Source: Paramecium tetraurelia (taxonomy: Eukaryota). Taken from it: DNA of 64,000 nucleotides. The first letter of the stretch is position 1; the number at the start of each line of letters is the position of its first letter. This document shows positions 52,431 to 64,000 of the stretch, in pieces. The notes beneath the pieces were generated by a model. The model did no database searches. It saw only the letters and a program-made list of their open reading frames with translations, and was not told the origin of the DNA. The DNA lies in contig CT868008.1 in NCBI GenBank assembly GCA_000165425.1, positions 310,001-374,000 on the forward strand, written 5' to 3'. Both the position numbers and the translations under genes were made by a program.

Positions 52431-54203
52431 TCAATCTTAATCATCCCAATGTCCTCTATCTGGCATTTTAGGTCCTCCTGCAGGTTTAGCGATGATAATC
52501 TAATTTTAATAGGTGATATTTACTTAATCTACTCTCAAAATAGTAACAGCAGCATCAGTTGCCAATTTGATAGCCCACCATTTAGTTTTAAGATGATCAA
52601 ACACTTTCAAATCTTAGGATGGTGACAATGTAGCTGTCTATAATACTATGATTGTTAATAATACCGAAATGTTAAGTGAATGAGGTTTCTCAGAATTTAA
52701 TTTATGCATTTAAGCCATCATTTCATTTTAAGCAAGACCAGCATTTTCAATCAAAATTCTTGGGATTATCTCAAAGGCCTAAGCATATTGTCTATAGGCA
52801 TATTAATCAATTGATTTAATCTTATTAGCTTCTTATTCTAATAATTATGCTAATTTCTAAAGCGATATTAAAGTATTTTACAATTTCTGTTGCACCACCA
52901 CCATAAACAAATCTTGCATCTTTAATGAGTGATCTATAACAACTAACACCATCATCAATAGCTCTTTCGATATCATCCAATAAATTTTGAGTTGCTCCTC
53001 TTAATACAATGGTTGCTAATTTACAAGTGTCACTTTGTTTTTCAAAGATAGTCACTTTTTGACTACCAATTTCTTGTACATGTACTCTATCACATGTTCC
53101 TAACTCATCTGGCATAGGTGCTGATAATCTAGATAATGCACTAGCTCCTATGGCTTTGCATAATCTCTTTAACTCAAACTTAGATTAGACTTTCACAATC
53201 ATCATTTTATATTTCTCAACAAAATGTAATACTAATTCTGAAATGCTACCTCCTGCAACAATAAGATTGACACCTGCATCAGCAATACTCTTAACAATCT
53301 TCTCAGCTAATTCCTCTTCACTTTTAGTGTAATTCATTAATTCTGTTGCATTTTTAATCAACACTGTTCCTTTAGTCTCCTGAGATTATGGATCTAATGG
53401 AGCATTAAAAACACAAATCTTTGGATTTTCCAGTCTGTTAATTTATCCTTCCACATTTCTAGTTACAATAAGTCCTGAGAGAACATGACTGTCTAATACT
53501 GAACCACCTAAGATTTTTGTAACTCTGACATATTCAGAATCAAAACTGGTCTTTTCTTTGGGCAAACATCTTATACAGGCTTTTGCTACTAAGCCAGCAA
53601 TTAAATTAGAATAACTTTGAATATTAAAGTAAATATTACTCTGATAATTTGCTGCTTAAGGATGTTCTAATTGCTTACAGTACTTATGTTTCATCAGCTA
53701 CATCTGTGATTTCCCAAATTTTTTATTGATCTAATAAATCTAATGCGCTTTTAAGGGCAGTTTCATATCCAACCACAATTTAGCTTATAAATGATATTTA
53801 ATGTTACCTTGGATGTAATCCCAATTTAATCAAACTTTCAGCTTATTATAATAATTCACCAGCCAATGTGATCACAAAATTGGTTGCATCACCTTATTCT
53901 GTTTCTTACATTTTGGCTGCCATAAGAACCATCTTAGCAGCAGGATGTTAGATTTCCATCTCCTTAAGAATTGTTGCTGCATCACTTGTAACAAATATTT
54001 TATCAATATGATTGACAACCATCTTTTTCATTCCATTAGGTCCTAATGATGTTTTTGTCATATTTGATATTTCCTTGCATGCTTATATGTTTTTAAGAAT
54101 GGCCTCCTCTAATCCTTAATAATGACGAGCTCCCTTAAAATTATCAATCAACTCATCATACTTCTTTTAACATAGACTGGAAACCTGCGGCTGTGGATAA
54201 CAT
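52431..54203 (-). CDS. CCT8: T-complex protein 1 subunit theta
   Basis: MLKEGARHYQGLEEAILKNIQACKEISNMTKTSLGPNGMKKMVVNHIDKIFVTSDAATILKEMEIQHPAAK, GDATNFV, LRGATQNLLDDIERAIDDG and DQIIIAKPAGGPK. Confidence 0.97.
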
Positions 54204-54681
54204 AAATTAGATAATTTAATTTTTAAATAAGCGCTATACAAAATATTTATTATGAAATTAGGAACCTTTTATTACTTTAAATGAATTTTAAATTAGAAAT
54301 GTAAATATGACACCTACGTATTCTTTAATATCCACCTTTTTAAATGAATCTTTTTATATTTCTTGTTATATTCAATAATACCGATAGAAAGAAACATAGG
54401 ATGGATAGGGATTTTTATATCGTAAGATAATCATTTTATTTTTAAAGTGGGTAATTGAATCCAGAAACAACTAAATTCTAGAATACAAAATGAAGGAACA
54501 AAGCTTGAAAAAATCTAAAAATATATGAAGAACCTATAGTAAATCATATTTACAGTAGAATTAGATGAGGCCTCTTAAAAAAAGGCAGATTTAAACCTAT
54601 CCTGAGTAATAGACTAACATTAATGTGAATTTAACAAATAGATTTTTAGATTCAATAAATTTGCGTTATTATGTTATTCAA

Positions 54682-54930
54682 TCAAATTATAATCTTTAAA
54701 TTATATTAGATAAATTTCTTATAAGGATTTTCTTATTCATTTTTGAATTTAAACCATCCTGTCAAATAATTCCATGAGGCTTCATTATCAACTTTAAGTC
54801 TAATAGCATATTTTATGTAATTCAATTCTGTATTAAAATCAAATGGAAATCTGAGTTCAATAATTTCAAACATTTTCTTCGAATGAAATAAGCATTATAA
54901 ATAGATGGCAATTTTAAATTTATGATTTTT
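54682..54930 (-). pseudogene. Probable relic of a protein prenyltransferase alpha subunit (PPTA repeats)
   Basis: FDFNTELNYIKYAIRLKVDNEASWNYLTGWF matches the PPTA repeat pattern (EL.Y...AI....NESAWNYL.G). The upstream YNAYFIRRKCL is in a different frame, and there is no full-length ORF. Confidence 0.45.
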
Positions 54931-55017
54931 ATTGTTAAAATTATTTGAAGTAAATTAATCCAGCATTAAATCATTTTGTTATAAATAAAAATCCATTAAA
55001 AAAATAAAATCAAAAAT

Positions 55018-57551
55018 TCAAAATTCTTTTTAAAATTCTTCTATTAGCTACTCAAATATTTAGTCGCTTAATTCCATTAAATAGTCAACTCTTTCATCTT
55101 CAACAAGGTACCACTTGTTTTCTGACTCTTTTATCTAAATATATCAAAGTTATACATCTTAAATAAGTAATTTATATAATTATTCATCTCTAATCAAACC
55201 CAAATTATCGAAAGATGAATTATAATCAGATCCTGTAGGATTCTCAAATAAATTTAATTATTGTAATTTCATAGATAGTTTTTTCTCTTCAATAATTTAT
55301 TACTTTTCCTCTTTTACTTTTTCATTTTCCTCTAAAGGTAAGAATCCACAAAGAAAACTGCTCCAATCGATTACTTTTTTTTTTGATTACTCTAAGATTT
55401 ATTCCAATTGATTTGGCATAAAAATTCTTTGGTTAATTTTCTACCAAGGATAAACAATCCCAGAATCTTATTTTAAGGAATATGAATACTTAGAAAATAT
55501 GGTCTCTCATAATTTAGAGCTTCATTGCTAGCATCAAAAATAGCTTTGTTATGTATATGCTCTAATTCACGAATAGTAAATGCAATCTAATCATTCAAAT
55601 CCAATTCTTAGAGTCTTTAATTTTCAAACTCTATAAATATGTGATCGCTTAATGGAAATGCTATGTTTTAATCAATTTCTTCATTATTTTCATCATCATC
55701 ATATCCATGGATCAATTTCATTCTTTTCAAAGGAGTAAAACCGAAAGGTAAATTCAAGTGTTTTAATAAATCAGTAGAATAATTCTCGAGTACAAACTTA
55801 AAAAGGGCTTCGAGATAAGACTAGATTTCTCTTACAGAAGTAGGAGCGATTGAAATAATATCCTTATTAAGATCTGAAAAAAATATAAAGAAATTGTCTT
55901 TATTATTTTACACTTCATCTATTAACTCATCTAATAGATCATTAAAGATTTCTCCAGTTATCAAATTAATTGTCTTTTAAATATCTTCCTGAAATATGTT
56001 TTCATATTTTTGTTTAGTCACTTAATTAAATGAATCATCAATTTGCTTTGATATTATTTAGATTTGTTAATTTTCTGAAGAATCTTTATCTAACTCTTCT
56101 GAAGCTATTAAAATATCCCTCTAAATCTTTTTTAAGGCTGATATTTCTCTCTTATGACATATCTCTATTGCTTTTCTGGTATTTTATAGATCTTCCAATT
56201 CATTATTGAGCCATTCATCAAGAGATTACTTATTCTCAGAATTAACTGACTTTTTTTCAGCTTCATACCTTAAATATATTGCCTCTTCTCGGAATCCTAA
56301 TAACTTTCCTTCTCCTCTCAAAGCCTATTATTGGAGTTACAAAATTGAGGATTTTGATAATTCATCGCTTAATTTTTTTCTATAAGAATTAAAGCTTCTT
56401 TCTTAATGTATTTCATTCTCACTTCTTTTGTCAGATAAACTTTCAGATTTTTTCAAATGGTTTTAAACAATATTTATGATTGATTGCTGCATTTATCTAT
56501 TGATTTAAGACAGATCTTGATTTTTAACAATACTCTAAATATAGACATTCCAATTATCTAATTCTTGGTTGAGTTGATTCATAATTGATAAAGACTCCTC
56601 AGATACCACAGAACTTCTAATGTTTGATATATGAACCTGCTTTTCTCCTCCCTGACAAAACAATAATCCTTCATCACTATTTAATGTTTATTATGACATT
56701 ACTGCATTTGCTTCCCAATCTATACTTTACCTTTAGGATGGAAGAGACTTCCTCTGTTATTTTTATCTCTTCAAAAATTCTCTCCAATTCACTTAAATAG
56801 TCTAAGCAGCTTAATTTAGATAATATTCATAAATATTTTCTTGATCTTTCTCTTTTTCTAAATTTTACAATTATTTTTAAGCTATTAATTGTTAGAACTA
56901 TTCAATCTAAGCATTCTAAAACTTTTCAAATCGTTTAGAAATTTCTTCAAACTTTTTTTTTATTTCTATAACTTTTTCTTTTTACAAAGGTTTATCTTTT
57001 ATGCATTATTTTTTTTATTTTTTCGATTTTTCAAATATTTTCTTTGTTTTTCTCTTCAACTTATCTAAATTGCATTACCTATTTAAAGTTTTTCAAAATA
57101 CTTCTTTTATTCATAATCCCTTAATTTCTATTTTAGTTCATTTTCTTTCATCTATTAGGATACCTGCTTTTATTTTATATATTTCTTTAAAGGTGAACCA
57201 TTTTTTTACTTTATATTATTTGTGTCTTTAGATGATTGTTGCTTTGTTTATTGAGGGCTTTCTACATTTTAATGATTTAATACTTCTACTCTTTTTTTTT
57301 AATTCTTCTGGTGATACGCTTCTCTTAGTTTCAATTGTCTATTTAGTAGTTTTGGTTGACATATTAACAGGACTTCTCTATGATGTAATTTATTGAGCCA
57401 TCTTGTTTGTTCGTTGGTTTTAAATAGAAATTATATTCATTTTTTTCTATGATGCTTTAAACCCTTTTTTTTGATTTTATGATCTCCCCTACTATCCTTA
57501 TAATCCATTATTAGATCTTTAAGGAGAAGGAGTGTGATTTCCATATTACAT
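55018..57551 (-). CDS. IQ-motif, coiled-coil protein with a C-terminal DUF4378 (CEP350-like) domain; apparent frameshift in a homopolymer at ~57292-57300
   Basis: AAQTIQVNWREFLKR, EHIHNKAIFDASNEALNYERPY, VIDWSSFLCG and IRDEQLYKLLIQDIKESENKWYLVEDERVDYLMELSDQIFEQLIEE. Confidence 0.7.
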
Positions 57552-57923
57552 TAGTTAACGAACAAATTAATATTTATATGATTTAATAAATGTCATATTT
57601 AAAGAATTTTATAATAATTTAATGATCTTCCTAATATTTTGTTACTATATCAAATATCCATAGAACAATGTTTATAAATAAAATAAGTATACTAATTATT
57701 TTTATTTCATCAGTTGCTATACTTTTATCATTATTTATTTATGAATTAAAAGCTTAGCATTTTCTATTTTAATAAGAATTAGATTTGACAACTTCAGCTT
57801 AATCTCTGAAGTTAAAATTTTAAAAGACAACTAATGTATCTTGAAGAATTTTCGCTAATAATTCAAATAATAAAAATATAAAACTTAGCAGGTCTAACAT
57901 ACAGAATTTTAAATTAAATGAGA

Positions 57924-58723
57924 TCACTTTTATATACAATTTACACTTAATTTATCATCATTGTTATTTCTCAACTTTTAAAGTAAATACTCATTTTGGT
58001 TATAAAAAAGTTATACAAAGAAGAGATATGTTTCCATTTTATATTTCTTATCTATTAAGTCCTTTAATAAGTTCTGTTAGATTCGAAACCTTTTATTTAT
58101 TTATTTTGTGATATAATTTTCTGATTGTTTTAGCTTAATTATATCATCTTCTTGTAACAATTAAACATCTTAATCTTAATTTTTACAAGTATTTCTCTTT
58201 CTAATTTTCTTAGTTTTTTTTCCAATTGGAATTTTTTCAAATACAAACTCCTCATTTTCCAATTCCATGAGTTAAATAAAATTCTATTAGTTTTTTATTG
58301 AAAGAAGTTCTTTAATAATAAGAGATGTGTTGTCATTTGAGTCGTCCTCAACAAGCTAGTATTGAATTGATTGTTTTTCTGACTAATACGTTGTGCATTA
58401 GTCGAAGCGATGAGTTTTTAACTCCTTCATAAGTCCAGTCCATTTATTGCATTTTAAACATGCTACTTCTAATTAACTTACCTTTTCAGCCAGAATTTCA
58501 TCTTTTTCTTAAACGGTGTCATCAGATTACCATTTTCTACAGCAAGGACAATGTTTCTTTTTTTGCACCCATTTCGTGATACATTTAATGCAAAAGTTAT
58601 GCCTAACTTCTAATTAGATCAATACCCACAAGTTGTTTTGATTGGCTTAGTGAAAATCTGAAAGCAAATCGAACAAATGAATTCATTGCAGTCTACCGAA
58701 AGTATTTTTATATCTTCTTTCAT
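57924..58723 (-). CDS. RING-HC finger protein (TRAF-type N-terminus)
   Basis: [41 protein letters not shown], followed by LEVACLKCNKWTGLMKELKTH. Confidence 0.85.
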
Positions 58724-59329
58724 AATTAAATTAATTAATATAGTCAATTATTTTTGAAATCTTAATCCAAATACCTTGATTTTAATTGCGACGTCATTAT
58801 TAGATCAGTCTAATTTCTTGAAAAAAAAATTAGAAACCATCTTTGTATTTTTAAAGTATTTCTATCTGATATTGGTTGCTTATTTTATAAAATTGATGTA
58901 CGTTTTCTGCAATATCGATAAAGTTAAAGATAAATTTAAATCGATGATCATTTTACATTTTTTATTGAGATGCTGAAGGAATTGAACATAATTGGCCACT
59001 TTCAAATTTTCAAAAATTGATTGGCCTACTTCTCCATTTTCTCTGCTATTACTTAGAAAATTGTTATGTTTACATTTCTGAAAGAGTTATTTAATACGAA
59101 TTATGTTAACCAAATGAATTCGAAGAATTTTAAGAAACTTTTTTCTCATATTTATTGTAGCATCCTAATTAAGTTTTTGTGTTATCAGATTAAATCTAAT
59201 TTAGACATCAATAGAAAATGATTGTTAAATTTACATATTAAAGAGCAGACCCAAAGTTTTTGTTATAATGTTTCTTCATTGGCTTAGTTGATAATAATTG
59301 GCTAATTTCTAATATTCTTATTTCAGTTT

Positions 59330-60936
59330 ATGTTGCAATTCAAGTTCATATATTATTATAGGTCTAACATCAAATAAAGGTGGGTGGAAAATATAATATC
59401 GTGGGAATTGGATGAATTAATTTTTTCCAGATTCTTTGATTAAAAAGCATATAAATTAATGAAAAGATTAGCATAAAAAAGAAGAGAGCCAACTGAAACT
59501 ACTGTTTGTGTATAAATTTGATAAATTATAGTTTAGCGATTTGAAGACTGAGCCTGAGGAACTTAAGCAACAAGATAAAAGACTGAAAAATTGGAATAAT
59601 ATGTTTGGAAATTTTTTAGGGGAAGGACTTGTTCGTTAAAAGAAGAAAAATAAACATTTAGATCCAGTATTTCTAAAAGAAGCTCCTTTGTATTGTGGAA
59701 ATAATTTGTACGATAGTCCTTCAGTAAGAGATAATTTTGAGAAATTCATTGAAGGGGAAATAACAGCTTGTGAGTTCTTGGCTCGCAAAAATCAATCAGA
59801 GTTGTTGGACAGATAGAGACCTACTTCTCCTAAAAAAATTAGACTATTCAGAGTAGAAAATTGCAAGAATTAATTCAACTAAAATAACCAATAAACTGGA
59901 TTCTTAAAATTACTGAAAGACAAAACTGAGGAAGTAAATAAATAATTTAGAATTCAATCACGATTCGCTGTTCTGAGGAATTTAATAGAACACAAAATTA
60001 AAATGAAAGAAGAAGAAGATATTATTAAAAGAAGCAGAGAACTCAAAAATGTGGGAGTCATCAAATAAATGTATGATATAAGTGATGAGTACATTAAATT
60101 AATAGAAAGAAGATTTATGGAAAAACGATCAACTCCAGTAATTATTAAAAATTAGGTTAATGGATATTAAATCAAACTTATTCAACACTAAAACCCGTAC
60201 CAAATTCTTAAAACTGCATCATATGAAAATGAAACCAAAAATAAATATGAACCACCTACTCAAACCTCAACCATCAAATTCTAAATTGATTAAAAGGCTT
60301 AATAGTACATTGAAGAACTATAAACCAAGAATTGTATTTCAAATGAAAAGGCCAAGAAGAAAATATTTTTCAATTCTCAATACAAAAATGTAGTCCATAA
60401 ATAATCTTAATCTTTGCACAATCTTAGAAATGTAAAATCTGTCGTTCCGTTTGTTAAATAAAAGTATTTAAATAACCAATACATAAATAATGATTTGGAA
60501 CTCATCAAATACATTACTGATTATTAAGTAGAAGATCCATTTCATGATAAATAAATTTAATCTAAAATAAGGAAATCTTTACTCATATCGGCAGGAATTG
60601 TTCCAAATCATCATTCCCATAAAAATGTTTAAAAAGCCAATAAACAAACCTATTTAAATATTAAAGATTAATTATCCCAAAAATCTTCATAAACGATAGA
60701 TGATTCTTTGAATTCCATGTATGAATTTAATGTTGATTCCTTGTATAATCAAAGTATTGGTTTACAAAATAAACTGCTTGGAAGATAACATGATGGCTTT
60801 AGTAAAACAATTAAATCCATTCAAAAAAACGAAAGTTTGAAAAAGTATTTTTATCCATTTTAATATCATTAGAGAAATTATTATTAAAAACATCTAAAAA
60901 CTCGAAGGTTTGGAGAAGTTAAAGATAACAGAGTGA
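59330..60936 (+). CDS. Hypothetical protein (start uncertain)
   Basis: Frame WVENIISWELDELIFSRFFDQKAYKLM...LDPVFLKEAPLYCG...; several short GT..AG introns; TGA at 60934-60936. Confidence 0.55.
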
Positions 60937-61072
60937 TATAAATATATTTTTACATAATAAATGCTTTCTTTATTTGTTCTCCTCTTTCATCAGAATATTA
61001 CTATTGATTTATTTATCAACTTTAATAAATAAGAATGATAATTTTAATATGTATTTCAATAATATATTAATA

Positions 61073-62897
61073 ATGAATTTGTCTGGGGAATCAACAATTA
61101 ATTTAGAGAGCAGAAGATCAAGAAACAAAACAGAAACTAAGTGCAAATCACAAAGTCCTCAAATAAAGCCTTAATTTACTAAATATTAATAACAGCATAA
61201 GAAAAGCAAAACCAAGGAAAAATTATCTTAGAATTCTGAGCAACTGCCTATATTATCGAGAAAACTAAACCTTAAGTCTATTAGCTTTACAAAAAAAAGA
61301 AATCAATTTAAGCCTGCTACTTAAGATTTATTTTTAAAAGTATTTGTTTTTAATAAAATAGTATTATATTGGATGGGGTAACAATGAAGCATTAGTGAAA
61401 CGAATTATGTCAAAGAGATTATAATGGAAAGAGACAACTGACTCAAGTTCAATGCTTGTAAACTTTAAATGGCAATAAAGTGAAAGAGGTTACAGATATG
61501 AAAGACTAATAGTAAGTTAAAATTATAAATAACTTGTCAATCATTTTGAACATCACAAAGAGATATCTAACAAATCTTACCTGATTAAAAATTTGTCTTA
61601 ATATTGTGAAGTAATACATAATAATAACACTAGAAACATAAACTGAATGTATTTGATTATACTCCATTAACTTTTGTAATTGATTTTAGTGATGAAAATT
61701 GTGATTACAATATAACACAGTTTCTTAAAACCTATGAGTAATTTGCTCCAAAAAAACCCTCATCTAAATAAATGTTGGATGTGAAAAGAAGATTGAGGGG
61801 AAATTTTTGTTGTGCCTATCGAGGAGAACTGATGTCACAATTCACTAAAATCTAATTAAACAACACTTTCTTAGCAGAGGAATCTACCTATATGTGGCTA
61901 TTGAAACCGACGTTTTTAAATAGAGGAAGAGGAATCTAAATTTTTGATAATCTAGAAACATTAGTCAAATTAGTATCTGAATTTCAAGAAGGATTAAAAG
62001 AGAAGGCATTAAATTAAAAAGAAGAATCATCAGGAGAAGACGAAACTCCGAAATAGGTTCAGAGTGCCTAAATAACAAAAAAAGAACCAAACTAATAAAT
62101 AAAGTAATAGTCATCAGGACAATGTATAATTAAATCTCATTCCTTTGTTATTCAAAAGTATATTGAAAAGCCTGCATTAATTAATAAGAGAAAATTTGAT
62201 ATCAGAGTCTGGGGTTTGATAACTCATGAATTAGATGCTTACTTCTTTTAAGAAGGGTATATAAGAACATCCTCTGAAGATTTTACATACAATATTGAAA
62301 ATACATTTGTCCATTTAACAAATAATGCTATCTAAAAATATTCTCAAAACTATGGTTAATTTGAGGATGGAAATCAATTATCCTTCAAAAACTATTAGGA
62401 TTATTTGCAATCACAAAAGATTAATTGCAATGTTTAAGATGTATTTATATATATATAAAGTAGTTAATTAATAAAATGAAGGAAAGAATTTGGATGGTTT
62501 TTAATTCAGTAAAGAATAAATTAAACTTTGAAGATAGAAAATACTGTTTTGAAATATTTGGATTTGATTTTATCTTAGATGCTGATTAAGAAGTGTGGTT
62601 AATAGAAGTCAATACAAATCCATGCATAGAAGAATCAAGTCCATTGTTAAAAATGTATATTCCTAGAATGCTTGATGATGCATTTAAACTAACTCTTGAT
62701 GTTTTATTCCCACCTCCAAATTCTCATAAATAATCACTTCCATAAATATGTATAATTAATATTTCATATAAGATTAATTACCTTAAATAAAGGAGGAGTA
62801 GCACTCTGACTATCCGGTAGTTGGCTACTCTAATGATGAAAATATGTGGATGCTATTGGGTTCATTAAACGATCGAAAAAATAAAAAGAAAAAATGA
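61073..62897 (+). CDS. Tubulin-tyrosine-ligase-like protein, tubulin glycylase type (TTLL3/8/10-like)
   Basis: YYIGWGNNEALVK, VNHFEHHKEISNK, WLLKPTFLNRGRGIQIF, FVIQKYIEKPALINKRKFDIRVW, EGYIRTSS, HLTNNAIQK and FEIFGFDFILD...WLIEVNTNPCIE. Confidence 0.92.
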
Positions 62898-63290
62898 TTA
62901 TTTGTTATACTATTTAATTATAATTGCTACTTTTATGTATTTCTACTATCCACTCATTATAATAATGAGGGCAATAGTTTGCAAAATTTCACTTTCTTAA
63001 AAACTTGTTAGAAATTTAATCAACGATGTGTTCTTACTAAAATAAACAATAAATTTAAATTAAGAATCTCAAGATTTATAAAAAAAGTTTGATATAAAAA
63101 ATTCGTAATTTATAATAAAGAAACACCATTTATTTTCTTTTAATTTTGTATTTCCAAAACAGTAACTTCTCTTTACAAATATCATTCTTTTATCTTGTGT
63201 TCCATTTTAAAAGGTTAACCCAAATTTAATTAATACTTTCATTATATTTATAATCATACAAAGAATCCTTTGCATTAAATAAATATTAAG

Positions 63291-64000
63291 ATGATTAAAA
63301 AAACGTCTATTGATAGAAAAGCTATTTATGATCTATTCCAAAACATTGACATGATATATGCTTAAGCATTAATATCGAATTCTTTTCCTTTTATATATGG
63401 CATTCCGGACCAATAATAAATTGAGAGTAGTTTGAACAGAGTGGAAGCTGAATTAATTTAAAATAAAGGAATTTGGACTGAGGCTCAGGATTAATATTTA
63501 AAAATAATAGTCTTTGGAACTTGTTTATAAACTAGAACACGGCCTTTAGATTTGGTAATATAAAGTTTCTTATAAATATAGTCAACATTGTAATGGGATT
63601 AAATCTCTAGAATATTCAAATTTCATAATTGGAAAGCATGCAGGAATCGGTGGCTAAATGAGAAACGCAAAAAAGTTAACTGGACTCCTTAAGAAGATTA
63701 AGTGCTTGTGTAATTGTAATAATTACATCCAAATAAATGGTGCGAAATCGCCATAGAATTAATGAAAATCTGCTAAACTCCATATGTAAGATTGGGAAAA
63801 TAATGTCGAGACAGATGGGTTAATAAGCTTGACCCAAAAATACTAAAGTATGAAAATTTAAAAATAAAATAAAAGTGTACCATGGTATAAGGAAGAAGAA
63901 TTAAAATTATTTTAGGAAGTAAAGAAAAGGGGTAAACGATGGGCGGATATATCAGCTTAAATTTTTAAGTTTAAGAGAACAGAAAATACAATAAAAAATA
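63291..64000 (+). CDS. Myb-repeat DNA-binding protein, 5' part (runs off the window)
   Basis: WTEAQDQYL...CRNRWLN, NWTPQEDQVL...KWCEIA...RLGKQCRDRWVNKLDP and PWYKEEELKLF...GKRWADIS. Confidence 0.9.

Noticed and set aside
2155..61174. Most entries of the supplied six-frame ORF track as independent small genes
   Set aside because: They were computed with TAA/TAG as stops. They are fragments of longer table-6 genes (e.g. 16464-16736, 24496-24786, 52178-52372) or off-frame/antisense shadows (e.g. 4125-4355, 23329-23559, 57001-57231).
1..64000. CRISPR arrays, transposons, telomeric repeats, rRNA/tRNA genes, retained IESs
   Set aside because: No spaced direct repeats, transposase or RT motifs, C4A2/C3A3 tracts or structured RNA signatures were seen by eye. 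IES retention cannot be judged without germline reads.

Overview
This is AT-rich eukaryotic DNA from a ciliate macronuclear chromosome, most likely Paramecium. Conserved proteins read through TAA/TAG as Gln (translation table 6), end only at TGA, carry tiny ~20-32 nt GT..AG introns and are packed with very short spacers. The supplied ORF track uses the standard code, so it shows only fragments or antisense artefacts; I re-translated by hand, and boundaries may be off by a few nt or an intron. About 32 genes are supported: CRNKL1/Clf1 (partial), two TTL-family ligases, two tandem papain/Josephin-like Cys-peptidase paralogs, a trichocyst-matrix-like protein, an HP1-like protein, four kinases (including CK1 and CK2 alpha), a Cys-rich surface protein, a ~2,200 aa AbpF-like giant, RPC25, a P-type-ATPase/guanylyl cyclase, IFT74, a mitochondrial SAM carrier, a sorting nexin, EBP, Vps8, a TGS1-like protein, RING proteins, ETFB, CCT8, a DUF4378 protein and a Myb protein (partial). 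The most unusual item is at 3004-4862: a putative Cys-His-Asp peptidase fused to an AlaX-type tRNA-editing domain, next to an unfused paralog. Three apparent frameshifts and one probable pseudogene relic are also noted. No rRNA, tRNA, CRISPR array or transposon was recognised.
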